Assembly: GCA_964016885.1 (NCBI GenBank) | Contig: OZ024740.1 | Coordinates: 253,704,001-253,768,000 of the forward strand | Origin: Eledone cirrhosa | Taxonomy: Eukaryota | DNA: 64,000 bases | Reading direction: 5' to 3' | Part shown: positions 51,530-64,000 of the stretch, piece by piece | Layout: each line of letters starts with the position of its first letter | How positions within the stretch are numbered: the stretch's first letter is position 1 | Notes under the pieces: generated by a model | Told to the model about the DNA's origin: nothing | The model's database searches: none | Seen by the model: only the letters and a program-made list of their open reading frames with translations | Program-made: the position numbers and the translations under genes

Positions 51530-53560
51530 TAATAATAATATGATAGTATAATAATGGTTTCTTTATTGGCCACGAATTTGTGGTCCGTGTAGTCGACTAC
51601 TTTAAATTGTGGACAACCTACACTAGCCTTATCTGTTTCCCTACAGAATACCCTATCTAAATACAATCTGGATGACCCGATGCGGTTTGCCCATGTCCAC
51701 ATTGGTACATTCGGATAATCCAGTCTATACCTGTCAGACAGTTCAAAACATCTGAGCAGGTTGTTGAGGCTTTTACACCCTCCTGTCCTGTCTACTAGCC
51801 CCGCATAATCCCAGTGTGCATCTAAGATACCGTTCCAGTCGCCCACTAACACTAAAGAGCGGGACGTTCCAAGAAAGGTCTCTAGACGTCTGCAGAAATC
51901 TGGCCATCCTGCCCCTGATGGGGTGTTGACGGCTACTAGCCTGAAAGCATTGCCTTCGCTGCCGGTCATGTCCAGCACCACTGATTTACCTTCTGGGTCC
52001 AGGAAGATGGCCCGTATGGCGAGATCCAAGCCGCTCCAAAAAAGCACAGCAACTCCTCCCCCCGATCCTGGACGGCTGGGAGATATGAATACATCGTAGC
52101 CTCCGAAGATCGGTGCGAAGGCTCGTACTTCGGAGATTCTGGTCTCGCTGATGGCCACATCTATGTTTAGTGACCTGAGGTCATTGAGCAGGTAACCCTG
52201 CTTCCAAGATGACCCCAGGCCATGTGCATTTATTTATGCTGCCTATTCGAAGTACGGCCATGTTGGATGAGGAACAGGGCAAGTGAGAAAGAATCACTTA
52301 CCTTGATCGTGTGGGGAAGGGACAGTAGAACCGTCCCCTCAGCTGGTTATGGGTGTCTCCAAGACGATATCTTTGTATATTCTTTTGGAGAGTGACTCCC
52401 TGAAATCCCCAACGCAGTTGGGGAATTTTTGTTTTAATTGTTTGTAGTTTTTGAGTTCAATTTCTACAATGTTAACGTTTTTTGGTAATGTTCTTGGTGT
52501 TGGTGGTGCGTGGTAATTTACGTCTGAAATATCGGTGTGGTGTTTTATGTGTTCCATTAGTCCTTGGTGTGCAATGTTTATGACTGTGTACCTTTTGGGG
52601 GGAAGGGGTGATTTTGTTGCTGTTTTCTTGTTGTTGCTGTTGGGTATGTGTAGTTTGTAATGTTGGTGTTTTTGGTGATGCTGGTGGTAGTGTGGTTGTT
52701 GCTGGTGTTGATGCTTGTGGTGATGATGGTGATTTTGGTGGTGTTGCTGCAAGTCTCCTTGCAGTCTTTATTCTTCTTTCTTTGTCTTCGCTTTTGGAGG
52801 GAGGAGCTGAGGTGTTTTTCCGTTTTTTTCTGTTAACAACCGTTTTTCATTCCTCAGCCGCCTCATACTCCATGTCCGACTGTGAGAAGTCGGGGATAGG
52901 TATGAGTTCTACCCTCTCATTTGTCTTTGTTGTTGTTGGAGGTGGTGGAGCCTGGTTTGCCACTCCTGGCACAGGTGCAGCTAGTGCAACTGTTTTTGTT
53001 GCTGCAGCTGCCATCGCCGTTTTTGTTGTCCGTGGCTTTGGTGTGGGTGTCACAGACGTTGTCTTCCTACTCTCTGTAGAAGCTCCCGACTTTTTTGCTG
53101 ATTGCTGTTTCTGATGGCAGCAGTTCTGGCGTTGGAAGGAGGGTGACTTTTGCTTTTGTGGGCAGAAGGCCCTGAGGTGAGACTTTGATCCACAGTTGAA
53201 GCTTTTTGGGCGCCTTCCTTCAACAGATATGGGAAGTTGGGATCCATTCCCGAGGTTTATTACGTCGGGAAGTGTTGATGCAGTCCTGGTCGGTTTGGAT
53301 GAGCATCTCCATTCCAATACCGAACCAGTCCTTACTCCCCAAGTTCTGTACCTGCAGAATGGTTGTTTTATCTTCGATGCCCGCTAGAACAGACACGACC
53401 AGCCAAGGCACGGGTATGTAGGGAGGAACCTGGGTTACCTTGACCTTTGCAATTTTTTTCCCGTAGGGGGGTGGTGGCATTCGCTTGACTTTGGGACGGT
53501 GAAGGAGGCGAAAAGAAAAGCGAGGCTGGACGAAGAAAGAAGGTTGAGGAGGATATCTTG
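51530..53560 (-). mobile_element. L1/Tx1-like LINE: ORF1 + APE only, degenerate
   Basis: ORF1 knuckle remnant SFNCGSKSHLRAFC; ORF2 ISETR, LVGDWN, YLDRVF, YTDHK; no RT. Confidence 0.8.
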
Positions 53561-53637
53561 CTGAAAGGGTAATTTTTTAATGTATGCAGGGCATGGAAAT
53601 GGATTTTTTGAATGACGCCATTTATTTTTGGCGGGAC

Positions 53638-54140
53638 GTATTTGCTAGATGCAAAGTTCAAATTGGGATTTAGCCCCGAAGGGCTAATTAATTTTGACCA
53701 CTTCAAAGGAAGTGGGGTGTGTTTACACACAAAATAATATGATTTTTACATTAAGTTCGCAATAAAATGTTTTAAAAAATCACAGAGTTACGGGAACAAA
53801 CATTTTTTTGTTTTTTGTTTTTTGCGACGTGTCTACTTACACGATAGGGTGTATTTGCTAAATGCAAAGTTCAAAATGGAATTTAGCCCCGAAGGGCTAA
53901 ATACCGATTAATTTCGACCACTTCAAAAGAAGTGGAGTGTGTTTAAACACATAATAATTGTTTCTACTTTTGGCACAAGGCCAACAATTACGCAGTAGAT
54001 TACTGGTACTTTATTTTATCGACCTCATAAGGATGAAAGGCAAAGTTAACCTCGGCGGTTACATTAAGTTCGCAATGAAAACTGTTCAAAAATCACAAAC
54101 TTACGGGAACAAAATTTTTCTGCGGCGTGTCTACTTCCAC
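53638..54140. repeat. Two ~200-bp direct repeats, the second interrupted by a SINE (53955-54058)
   Basis: GTATTTGCTA.ATGCAAAGTTCAAA..GCCCCGAAGGGCTAA occurs twice. Confidence 0.8.
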
Positions 54141-54714
54141 GAATATAATAATAATAATAATTGGTTCTACCTTTGGCACAAGGCCAGCAATTACCCAGTG
54201 GATCGCTTGTACTTTATTTTATCGACAAGGCAAAGTTAACCTCAATAATAATATTATAGAACACTGAAGTTTTATTATTCACAGTTGTATTAAGTAACAT
54301 TACAAATTTGTGTGCATTATATTTGTGAGGTTTCTAACAATAACTATATATATTATTTTCATTCTGTAAGAATCATAAATAATTTGCAGTGTTATTTATA
54401 CTGTGAATATTGTTAACGCATATTGTATTATATATATATAAACACATACGTACCTAGCAATTTGGCGCTGCAATTAAGCTTGTGAAGTTACGAAGTGATG
54501 CAATCTACTAATGCAAATCACAGTGGGTATAGTGTCAGCCAACTGCATGGTTGTATAACGTCATAGATCAGGGGAGATAACCTAATGGCACTATTTCTAT
54601 CACACACTCACAGACATACATAAAAACACAAACACCTGTTATTTCAATTAGTGTTTTCTTACACACATTTGCTATTACAATTACATCTACTATCTAAATA
54701 AGGGATTATATTTA

Positions 54715-54960
54715 GGCATGTCAATGGCTCTGTGGTTAGAGCGTTGGGCTTTCAATCGGGAGGTTGTCAGTTTGATTGCCGGGCCGGGTGATAGGCTGTG
54801 TCTTTGAGCAAGACATTTTATTTCATGTTGCTCAAATTTACTCTGATGTAGAAATGAGTTGCGACCTCACTGGTGCCGAGCTGCGTCGGCTATTGCCTTT
54901 CCCGTAGACAACATCTGTGGTGTAGAGAGTGGAGACTGGAATGCATGGGTGACTGCAGGT
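54715..54960 (+). mobile_element. tRNA-derived SINE
   Basis: TGGCTCTGTGGTTAGAGCG head; TGTCTTTGAGCAAGACA core. Confidence 0.7.
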
Positions 54961-55931
54961 TTTCCCGTGTGCCTTGAAGGAGGAACTTTCTAGTTGCAAA
55001 ACCATGGCCATTTCGATCGAAGTGTGCCTACGATTTATACTATACATGACATGGTCCCGTAACTCCCGAGGAAGTCGTAAGAGCACTGTATTGACATGCG
55101 GCATTTTTAAGCCTGGCGAACGCCATCTCCTCTGCAGGTTTGACTACAACAGATTTCTTTAAGAGAAGGATACCAAGAGATATAGAGGAAGAATCGACCC
55201 TAGTACTAGACTAGTCTTTTATTTTATCGACCTCGAATGTATGAAATATAAAGTTTATCTCGGCGGGGTTTGAACTGAGAGAAACAAAGCCAAGATGAAC
55301 ACCGAAAAGTCTTGTAGCAAGAGTTGCCTCCCTTGTCATGACAATCTCATCACCGCTCTCTAGACAGGAAGTAGCTGGAGTTGCTTCCCTTTGGGATTGA
55401 CAGACTCCCTGTTGGTCACTTCCGGTCACCACGATATCTCTCATTCGCCTTTTCGGTCAGGCGCCTCCTGGCCTTCGCCAGGAGTCTTAACTCAGGCGTG
55501 TGTAACCCTGGCAACCAAGCGGTAACTAATAACTTTGTTTCATTCTCTCATCTACTCATTGACATGTCAACTATAAAATGGAATGGTGGAACGATTCCAC
55601 CGCCAATTAAAGGCCGCTCTTCGCGCCTATCCAGACTCTCAACGTTGGAGCGAGTACCTTCCTATTGTGTTATTAGTAATTCGGTCATCAATAAAGGACC
55701 TTGGGTTCTCCCCGGCCGAATTAATTTACGGTGCTCCTCTAGCGTTGCCTGGGCAAATGCTTGCCCCTGTTGATCTTGCTTTCCAAGATCCGCTTTCCTA
55801 TGTATCCCGTCTGCGTTCTTATTTTCAGGACCTGCCGCCGATGGATACGAGGAAGCAAACTGTAAAACCTGCGGTCCCGAGGGATATTGCCTCGTGGACC
55901 CATGTTTTCGTAAGGAACGATGCTGTGAGAC

Positions 55932-56332
55932 TAGCAGTGAATAAAATGTATTTTCCTTCTGCGGAGGAATGGTGTTACGGAGGTAAGTTGGCTGAAGTGT
56001 GAGCCAATCAAAACCTTCGGCGCACTAATTCGACTGTCCAGAACTACGTCACCAGTGTGAGCGGAGGTGACTAAGAGAGTCATTAGTCTACACGCACCTC
56101 TCTTATCGACAAGACCAGGCTACACTCATCGCTGCTAACAACATCTCCATCTTGCAATGAAGCGGACCAAGCTAGATCCTACACATGTAGATACGACCTG
56201 TACCTAATGTATCCGTTCAACATGTACGACTAATAAATAGAGTTACAACATCGATAATGGATTTAGTCAATGTTCTAAATGCCTTCTGATCTCTATTATG
56301 TATATTAAGAATTGACCCTAAAACCCGTTATA
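55932..56332 (+). repeat. 5' LTR (terminal TG missing)
   Basis: Matches 61208-61608. Confidence 0.95.
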
Positions 56333-56334
56333 AA

Positions 56335-56352
56335 TGGTGACCCCGACGTGAT
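56335..56352 (+). promoter_or_regulatory. Primer-binding site, tRNA-Trp type
   Basis: TGGTGACCCCGACGTGAT immediately after the LTR, complementary to the eukaryotic tRNA-Trp 3' end. Confidence 0.85.
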
Positions 56353-57003
56353 ACGATACAACAAATCACATTATAAATGGTGACCCGAACGTTTAAGGAC
56401 ATCAACATAGAAGAAACCACATCTTTCCGTTTCAACGAACACATCAACATTTCGCATCCCAAAAAAAAAAGAAAAAACAAAGCCACTCGCCTTTTCTCGG
56501 GGTATGTACGCGATTAGCGTGAGTCCTAATATGTATTTGATATATTGTCTTATTGTTACTAAATCTGCACATCACACCTTCACTTTCTAACATCACTGAA
56601 CACATGCGTTAATACAAAAATCTTATTTTTCCCTCTCAATTTCTGATTGGGCGACGCTATAAAAAAAAAAAAATAAAAAAAACTGTTGGTGCTGATAGCC
56701 GGTCAGAGCAAGATGGCCGACTTCCGTCTTCTTCAGCTGTTTTCCCGCCAAAACGACAGAGGCAACGCCATTTTGAAAAGTACACAAAAAAAAAAAATAA
56801 ATAATAGGACAAAGATAAATCATAATTTTTTTTTTTTTTTTAAAGCTTGACGTTTTTCCCTCCAACATTGTTTTTGATATATTTTTCTTTTTCTGTCCTT
56901 CACTCGGATTATATTTTTTCTTGGCCTGAATTTTCACTTTTGTCTCGGTGACAAGTGCAGAGTTGTCCTTTCTTTGCCCTTTGCTTTTACATCAGTATAC
57001 ACA

Positions 57004-60000
57004 ATGGGTAGCACTTCATTGCCACCGTTTACCGGTGACGTCACTGTCTGGTTCGCCCAGATAGAAGCACATTTCACAGCGAATAACATCACCAGTGACC
57101 ACAGACAGTTAAATCTCCTGTTAAGCGCTTTTCCAGCGTCATTGACATCGGTCGTCAAAGACTTAATTACCGATCCTCGCCCTGGGGCCTCCTATGAGAG
57201 CGTGAAGCTCGAAGTGTTGCGGCGGACCACATTGTCCGCAGAAAAAAAAATTCAGACGCTCGTCAATGACGAACATTTGGGTGATCGGACGCCCACACAA
57301 CTACTGCGTCGGATGAGAGAGCTGGCGGAAGATGCCCCAGCTGACAGTGCCCTCCTTAGACAGCTTTTTGTCTCAAGGCTACCCCCCGGAGTTCAGGCGA
57401 TCTTAGCGCCCATGATGGAGGCTGCTCCTGTCGACCAGCTAGCGGCTTCGGCCGACAGGGTTATGAGTGTCATCGGACACCCAGCCTCATTTGCCCCCTT
57501 CCAGGCACCTCAGCCACCGGCTGCGGTGAGTCCGTTCTCTCCTGCCTCCTTCAATGTATCCCAGCCGCCGACTGCAGTCGCTTCCTTCACTCCAGCGGCT
57601 GCCAGTTATACCGACCAGTCACTTGCAAAAGCAGCAATGCTGCAAGCAATAGAGCAGCTAACCAAGGAAGTGAGAAAACTAAGCACTCACAGGGCTCATT
57701 CGCCCAGACGCCGTTTCCAGAGCCGTTCACCCTCGCCACGACGCCGTCACAAGCAGTTCAGGTTTGTGTTACTACCACAGCCGTTTTGGCGCAGCAGCAC
57801 GCTCCTGTAAACAGTCTTGTACATTTTCAGACCAGGGAAACAGATTTCAGGAGACCTGAGCACGGCACAGTCTCCTCTGACCCTCCCTAATAACCGTGTG
57901 TTTTTCATCACAGACACTGAGTCGCAAGCACGTTGTCTGATCGACACCGGCGCGGCTTGTAGCATTTGGCCGCTAAAACTTCTCAAAGAGAAGCCCCAAC
58001 TCTCAACCGTCTCTCTGCAAGCAGTAAACCAGTCACCGATCCCCACGTACGGTCAGATTTCTCGTTCTTTGAACCTGGAATTGCGTAGAGATTTCACGTG
58101 GATCTTCACTGTTGCTGATCTGCCTTACCCCATCCTAGGCTCAGATTTCCTGCACCACTATAACTTGATAGTGGATATGCGCAGACGCCGGTTGTTGGAT
58201 GCCAACACAGAACTGTCTGTGCCGGGTACTAGATCGACTGTCTCGTCGGTCAGCTCGGTCTTCTTTATCGCTGCTACAGAAGATCCTTACCAATCACTTT
58301 TGCATTCCTTCCCGGAATTAACAAATTTGAATTTTGTGATGAGTGAGCCTACTCACTCCACCAAGCACCACATTGAAACATCCGGAGCTCCTGTGTTTTC
58401 GCGCCCTCGCCGTCTCTCTGCTGAGAAACTGAAGGCCGCAAGGGCTGAATTCAATCACATGCTGCAGCTCGGAATCATTCGCCCATCCTCAAGCCCGTGG
58501 GCCGCACCCTTGCATTTGGTACCAAAGCGTTCCGGTGATTGGCGTCCCACTGGGGACTTTCGCCGGTTAAATGCAATGACGGTACCCGATACCACACATA
58601 CAGGATTTTGCATCTTCGCTGCATGGATGCAACATATTCTCCAAATTGGATTTGGTCAAAGCATACCACCAAATCCCGGTGAACCCGGCAGACATACCTA
58701 AAACTGCAGTAACAACTCCATTTGGAGCGTTTGAATTTTTGACCATGCCTTTCGGTTTGCGAAACGCAGCCAGCACGTTCCAACAATTTATGGATGAAGT
58801 TGTGCGCGATTTAGACTTCGTGTACAACTACATCGACGACATTCTTGTGGCAAGTGCCTCACCTGAGGAACATGTCACTCACCTCCGTCTCCTGTTCGAG
58901 AGATTTCAAAAATACCAAGTGAGAATTAATCCGGCAAAATGTGTTTTCGGTGCTTCCTCACTTGTCTTCTTGGGCCATGTCATCAGCCCAGAAGGAATTT
59001 CGCCACTACCTGATAAAGTGAAAGCGGTACAAGACCTCCAACCACCCACTTCACTTCGTCAACTACGACATTTCCTTGGGCTACTGAACTATTACAGGCG
59101 CTTTATCTCACACTGTGCGGATCTCCTGTCTCCTCTGTCCGACCTGTTACGTAACAGGAAAAAGAAGAACGATTCCATTTCATTGGACACGAATCAGCTA
59201 AAAGCCTTCGACGAAGTGAAGCGGAAGCTTGCGGAGACATCACTGCTTGCACATCCTGTGTCTGGTGCCCAGTTTTCACTGGTTCTTGATGCATCAGGCA
59301 CAGCTGTAGGTGCAGTACTGCAACAACATCACCAACAACAGTTACAACCTCTTGCCTACTTTTCTAAACAGCTGAAGCCTGCAGAAACACGGTATAGCAC
59401 ATTCGGCCGTGAACTCTTGGCTATGTACCTTGCAGTGAAACACTTTCGGCATTCACTGGAGGGTCGCCAATTTGTTATATACACTGACCACCGTCCGCTT
59501 ACGTTCGCACTGCGTTCTAAGCCGGACAAATATTCACCTCGCGAAACTCGCCACTTGGACTTCGTTTCGCAATTTACCAGCGATATCCGACACATCTCTG
59601 GTGAACAGAATGCGGCGGCAGATGCACTGTCTCGCCTCGCAATTAATTCCCTGTCATCGCCAGCGGAAATCGACCTCCAACGAATGGCCACAGAACGACC
59701 ACTTCTGGATACTTTGGACCTCTCGTCTTCTGAATTTGCAACTGGCAAATTTGCATATCTGCCTGTGTCCACTTCGGACACAGATTATCTGTGACACCTC
59801 GACAGATGCACCTCGCCCTCTAGTGCCAGTGACTCATCGTCGAGCAGTTTTCGACACCTTGCACAGTCTGGCACACCCTGGAATATCGACCACAGTGAAG
59901 CTCATTTCGGCTAGATTCTTCTGGCCTAATATGAGGCGTGACATCACTGCCTGGACACGTTCCTGCCTATCCTGCCAAAAGTCAAAGGTGCACAAACACA

Positions 60001-60983
60001 TCCGCGCACCCCTTGGAACTTTCAGCACTCCAGACGCTCGGTTCAGCCATGTCCATATAGATCTTGTCGGACCATGGCCGGTCAGCCGAGGATTTACATA
60101 CCTCCTGACCTGCATAGATCGCTTCACACGTTGGCCTGAAGCCATTCCTTTAAGTGACATTTCGGCGGAATCTGTAGCGCGAGCCCTAGTATCGGGTTGG
60201 ATATCGCGTTACGGAGTTCCAGCCACTATCACCACTGACCGCGGTGGACAATTTGAGTCACACCTTTTCCGAGAGCTTTCAAGGATCCTGGGAATGCAAC
60301 GCATTCGAACGACCAGCTACCATCCAGCTTCTAACGGAATGATTGAACGCTTCCACCGCCAATTGAAAGCCGCACTGCGCGCTTATCCGGATCAGCAGCG
60401 GTGGAGCGAATATGTACCAATTGTCCTCCTGGGCTGTCGTGCAGCCACCAAGGAAGAGCTAGGCTACTCCCCCGCCGAGTTGGTTTACGGAGTGCCTATA
60501 TCTCTGCCTGGTCAGATGTTAGCTCCATTGGACCTACCAGCAACAGACCCAGCTCTGTATGTGAGCAGACTGCAATCATATTTCAGCAATCTTCCGCCTA
60601 TGCACCCTCGCCAACAGACAATCAAATCTTCGGTCCCGAAAGACATTGCTTCATGGACCCACGTCTTTTTACGAAAGGACGCCGTGAGAGCTCCTCTCAT
60701 GCCACCTTATACCGGTCCCTATTGCGTGCTTGAGCGCACAGATAAGCTATTCACCCTAGACATTGGGGGTAAAAAAGAGACTGTGTCCATTAACAGGGTA
60801 AAACGGGCCTATACAGACACTCTCACACAAGAGCCCCATTTTCCCCCCACATACACCTGGCATCAGCCAAGCCACAATACACATATAACATCGCACACAC
60901 CTACACCTACATATGTCACCACCACACGTAGCGGTCGGCGAGTACATTGGCCCAAGAAGCTTTGCAAGACACTTTACATATGA
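57004..60983 (+). pseudogene. gag-pol (gag, protease, RT, RNase H, integrase) with frameshifts
   Basis: VWFAQIEAHF gag; LIDTGA; YIDD; VLDASG; HHCC + DDE integrase; PYTGPY. Confidence 0.93.
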
Positions 60984-61205
60984 ACTATGTTATTTACAGC
61001 AATCTTCTTGGAGTTTGCTCCGCCCTTGTATTTGTATTAAATGTATGAACTAAGGTGAACATTACACTATTTCTGACTTTCCTGTAATATGAACATTTCT
61101 TTATCAGTGATATATTTTATTGTGTTTACTATTATATAGTACTTTTTCTTTCATTCAACTGCTACCCTTATTTCTCTGTCGGCTGTAAGCCTAAGCAGGG
61201 GGTGA

Positions 61206-61608
61206 TGTAGCAGTGAATAAAATGTATTTTCCTTCTGCGGAGGAATGGTGTTACGGAGGTAAGTTGGCTGAAGTGTGAGCCAATCAAAACCTTCGGCGCA
61301 CTAATTCGACTGTCCAGAACTACGTCACCAGTGTGAGCGGAGGTGACCAAGAGAGTCATTAGTCTACACGCACCTCTCTTATCGACAAGACCAGGCTACA
61401 CTCATCGCTGCTAACAACATCTCCATCTTGCAATGAAGCGGACCAAGCTACATCCTACACATGTAGATACGACCTGTACCTAATGTATCCGTTCAACATG
61501 TACGACTAATAAATAGAGTTACAACATCGATAATGGATTTAGTCAATGTTCTAAATGCCTTCTGATCTCTATTATGTATATTAAGAATTGACCCTAAAAC
61601 CCGTTATA
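61206..61608 (+). repeat. 3' LTR
   Basis: TGTAGCAG..CCGTTATA. Confidence 0.95.
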
Positions 61609-63125
61609 AGACCACCCCTCACACAACCATACTCTGGACCATACCGTGTGTTAGCACGCACTGACAAACATTTCACTGTAGACGTTAAGGGGTCCAGAGA
61701 GACAATTTCGGTGGATAGACTGAAAAGGGCACACAATGACGCTCATACACCCGAGCCACAAATACCCCAATCTTTCTCTCTTGTGCATACACCTGCTCCT
61801 TCTGCTCCACCTTCACCTACATACAAGACTACGACCCGTTCCGGTCGGAGAGTCCACTGGACCAAAAAGTTCTGCCAAACTATTTTTATGTGAACTGGCC
61901 ACTGGAGCCTTATTTTATTTTGCTGTTCTTGTTATTTTTTTATTTATTGTATTACAATGTACCTCTCATTACCATTTCACTGGATGTATATATATGTTTT
62001 TTGTTTCCTTTACAACGAACATTTTAAGCTATATTCTTCTATTTGCCAGTTTAAAAATTTACCACGTAAATTTGCCGTTGAAAACCGCGCATTTATTAAG
62101 AATGCTTATTTCTCTGGTCGCTGGCCTCTTGACCCTTCCAGGTCAACGCATTCACAACATCAACAACAACAACACAGCTTCATCAACAACCAAAACCAGC
62201 AGATCAAGCCAGAGAATTTATTTCTGCAGCACTCTGCCTGTGAGAAATTCCCTTCGGAAGTTGGAAATTTCACGTTATACCACAGACCAGAAACCGCCTG
62301 CATTCATTCTCTGGAACACATTCTTTACTGCTGTCATGTGATTGCACACATGTGAACTGTATTTTGGATATTTGAACTTTGACCTCTTCTCTTACTTTTA
62401 TATTACATTGTATCATAATTTTCATGCCTCTTACATGCTGGCCATCTTACTCCATGCATGCTTCTTTCGATTTTTCTGTTTTAAAAATCTGGCGGGTGAT
62501 AATGTAGCAAGAGTTGCCTCCCTTGTCATGATAATCTCATCACCGCTCTCTAGACAGGAAGTAGCTGGAGTTGCTTCCCTTTGGGATTGACAGACTCCCT
62601 GTTGGTCACTTCCGGTCACCCCCTATAAAAGGAACAGGTCACCACGATAACTCTCTCTCGCCTCCTGATTTCCGAAGTGGTAACACCTGCGACCTTAGCA
62701 TGAGATTATTCCTTTTTGATAATCCTTCGCCACCAAGAAGAATGCAACATGCAGCCTGAGAGCCTAAGATGTTAACACCAGCTAGAAAAGATCTCTTCTT
62801 TTCTATACACACTTCAGTCTGGAGTTGTGACCATCGGGTAACGACTCCTTTATATTTAATACCTTTGACTTCTATGAAGTAAAAACATTATCACAACACA
62901 CACCGGTATTTACCTTCTTTTGTAATAATTTTATATGTACACCGATACTAATCTCCTAAAGTCTTCTTATCCGATTTCCTAACGCCGCCTTACATTATAT
63001 TTATAAGGTTCCATAAATTCTCTTTTTATGTGAAATATCATGATTATAGTATGTTTTCTTTTGATTTGAGTTTATATTTTAATGTAGAACATTAATGTAA
63101 TTAAGTATTGTATATATTATTTGTG

Positions 63126-63721
63126 GGCATACATGATTTTTAACGGTCTGAAAAATGAAAGTAAATTTATTTTCATTTTCGAACGTCGTGTTTACATTTT
63201 GTGTGCGTGTTTAGATTTAAATTAGTTACTGAGATTAAAGACAAAACCAGAGCCTCTGTCGTTTTAACTGATTATATATACATATGTGTGTGTGTAGTTG
63301 ACGGTTGAGAGAAGAATATTCAATACCGAAGTAATCTTGTAATGAGGCTTGCAGAATGGTGAGTCCGCCATTCTGGACGCTGCTGCCTTGTAGAAGTCCC
63401 AATCGAAGCTGTGACACTCGTCCCCATCATTCAGCAGGGATTTTGCCAGGCAGCCGCATCATCTCTGATGGTTGGGCTTCCTATTCGGAAATTGAAGGTG
63501 GGGTTTACGTTCATGATGTTGTGGTGCACGAACGGAACTTTGTAGATCCTGCGGACCCTGATGTGCACACACAGCTCATAGAGAACACATGGAGCCGTGC
63601 AAAGAAGAAGCTTCGTCGCCAGCATGTTTCGTTTAAACACGCACACAAAATGTAAACACGACGTTCGAAAATGAAAATAAATTTACTTTCATTATTGCGA
63701 CCGCTAAAAGTCATGTATGCC
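63126..63721 (+). mobile_element. Internally deleted Merlin/IS1595-like DNA transposon
   Basis: ~90-bp TIRs starting GGCATACATGA; remnant ILPGSRIISDGWASY..VVHERNFVDP..VHTQLIENTWSRAK. Confidence 0.85.
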
Positions 63722-63797
63722 TTTATTACGAAAAACGACATAAACCATATCAAACCATATAGAGTTTTTCTTTTTATCTTTTTTTTTTGTCTTTTAT

Positions 63798-63910
63798 AAG
63801 GGCGGTGGATTGATAAATAGTTAGAGCGTTTGACAAAATGCTTTGCGGCATTTAGTTTCGGGCTTTTATGTTCTGAGTTCAAATCTCGCCGAGGTCAACT
63901 TTGCCTTTCA
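63798..63910 (+). mobile_element. SINE (same family as 2003-2160)
   Basis: CTGAGTTCAAATCTCGCCGAGGTCAACTTTGCCTTTCA. Confidence 0.75.
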
Positions 63911-64000
63911 AAAGCAACAGATGAAGGATGCATTACACAGTGTAGTTACTGATAACGCCAGCATCAACAGTTTTCCAAGAGATGGCAACATGAATTGACC

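Larger units (their letters stand above)
55932..61608 (+). mobile_element. Inner Ty3/gypsy LTR retrotransposon
   Basis: ~400-bp near-identical LTRs, AGAC target-site duplication, PBS, and PPT AAGCAGGGGGTGA before 61206. Confidence 0.97.
55313..62650 (+). mobile_element. Outer Ty3/gypsy element (internally deleted, integrase C-terminus only), split by the nested element
   Basis: LTR starts TGTAGCAAGAG at 55313 and 62503; integrase [20 protein letters not shown]|PPLTQPYSGPY. Right boundary uncertain. Confidence 0.85.

Overview
Eukaryotic, AT-rich DNA made almost entirely of repeats. The SINE and RTE families resemble cephalopod (Octopus-like) repeats; this species call is inference. The one host coding feature I found is a 114-bp first coding exon of argininosuccinate synthase (ASS1) on the minus strand at 11516-11629, too short for the ORF track. 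The rest is a transposon pile-up: about 11 RTE-clade LINE copies from 3-4 subfamilies (one with an intact 1022-aa APE+RT ORF), most carrying a C4HC3 PHD-like finger inside the RT and most sitting in (TA)n tracts; Penelope-like elements with several type I hammerhead ribozyme motifs and inverted 5' ends; a stack of Helitrons inserted at one phase of a ~60-bp minisatellite; a recent Ty3/gypsy nested inside another; CR1 and L1/Tx1 remnants; tRNA-type SINEs; and an internally deleted Merlin/IS1595-like transposon. Most short ORFs in the track are microsatellite or antisense artefacts.
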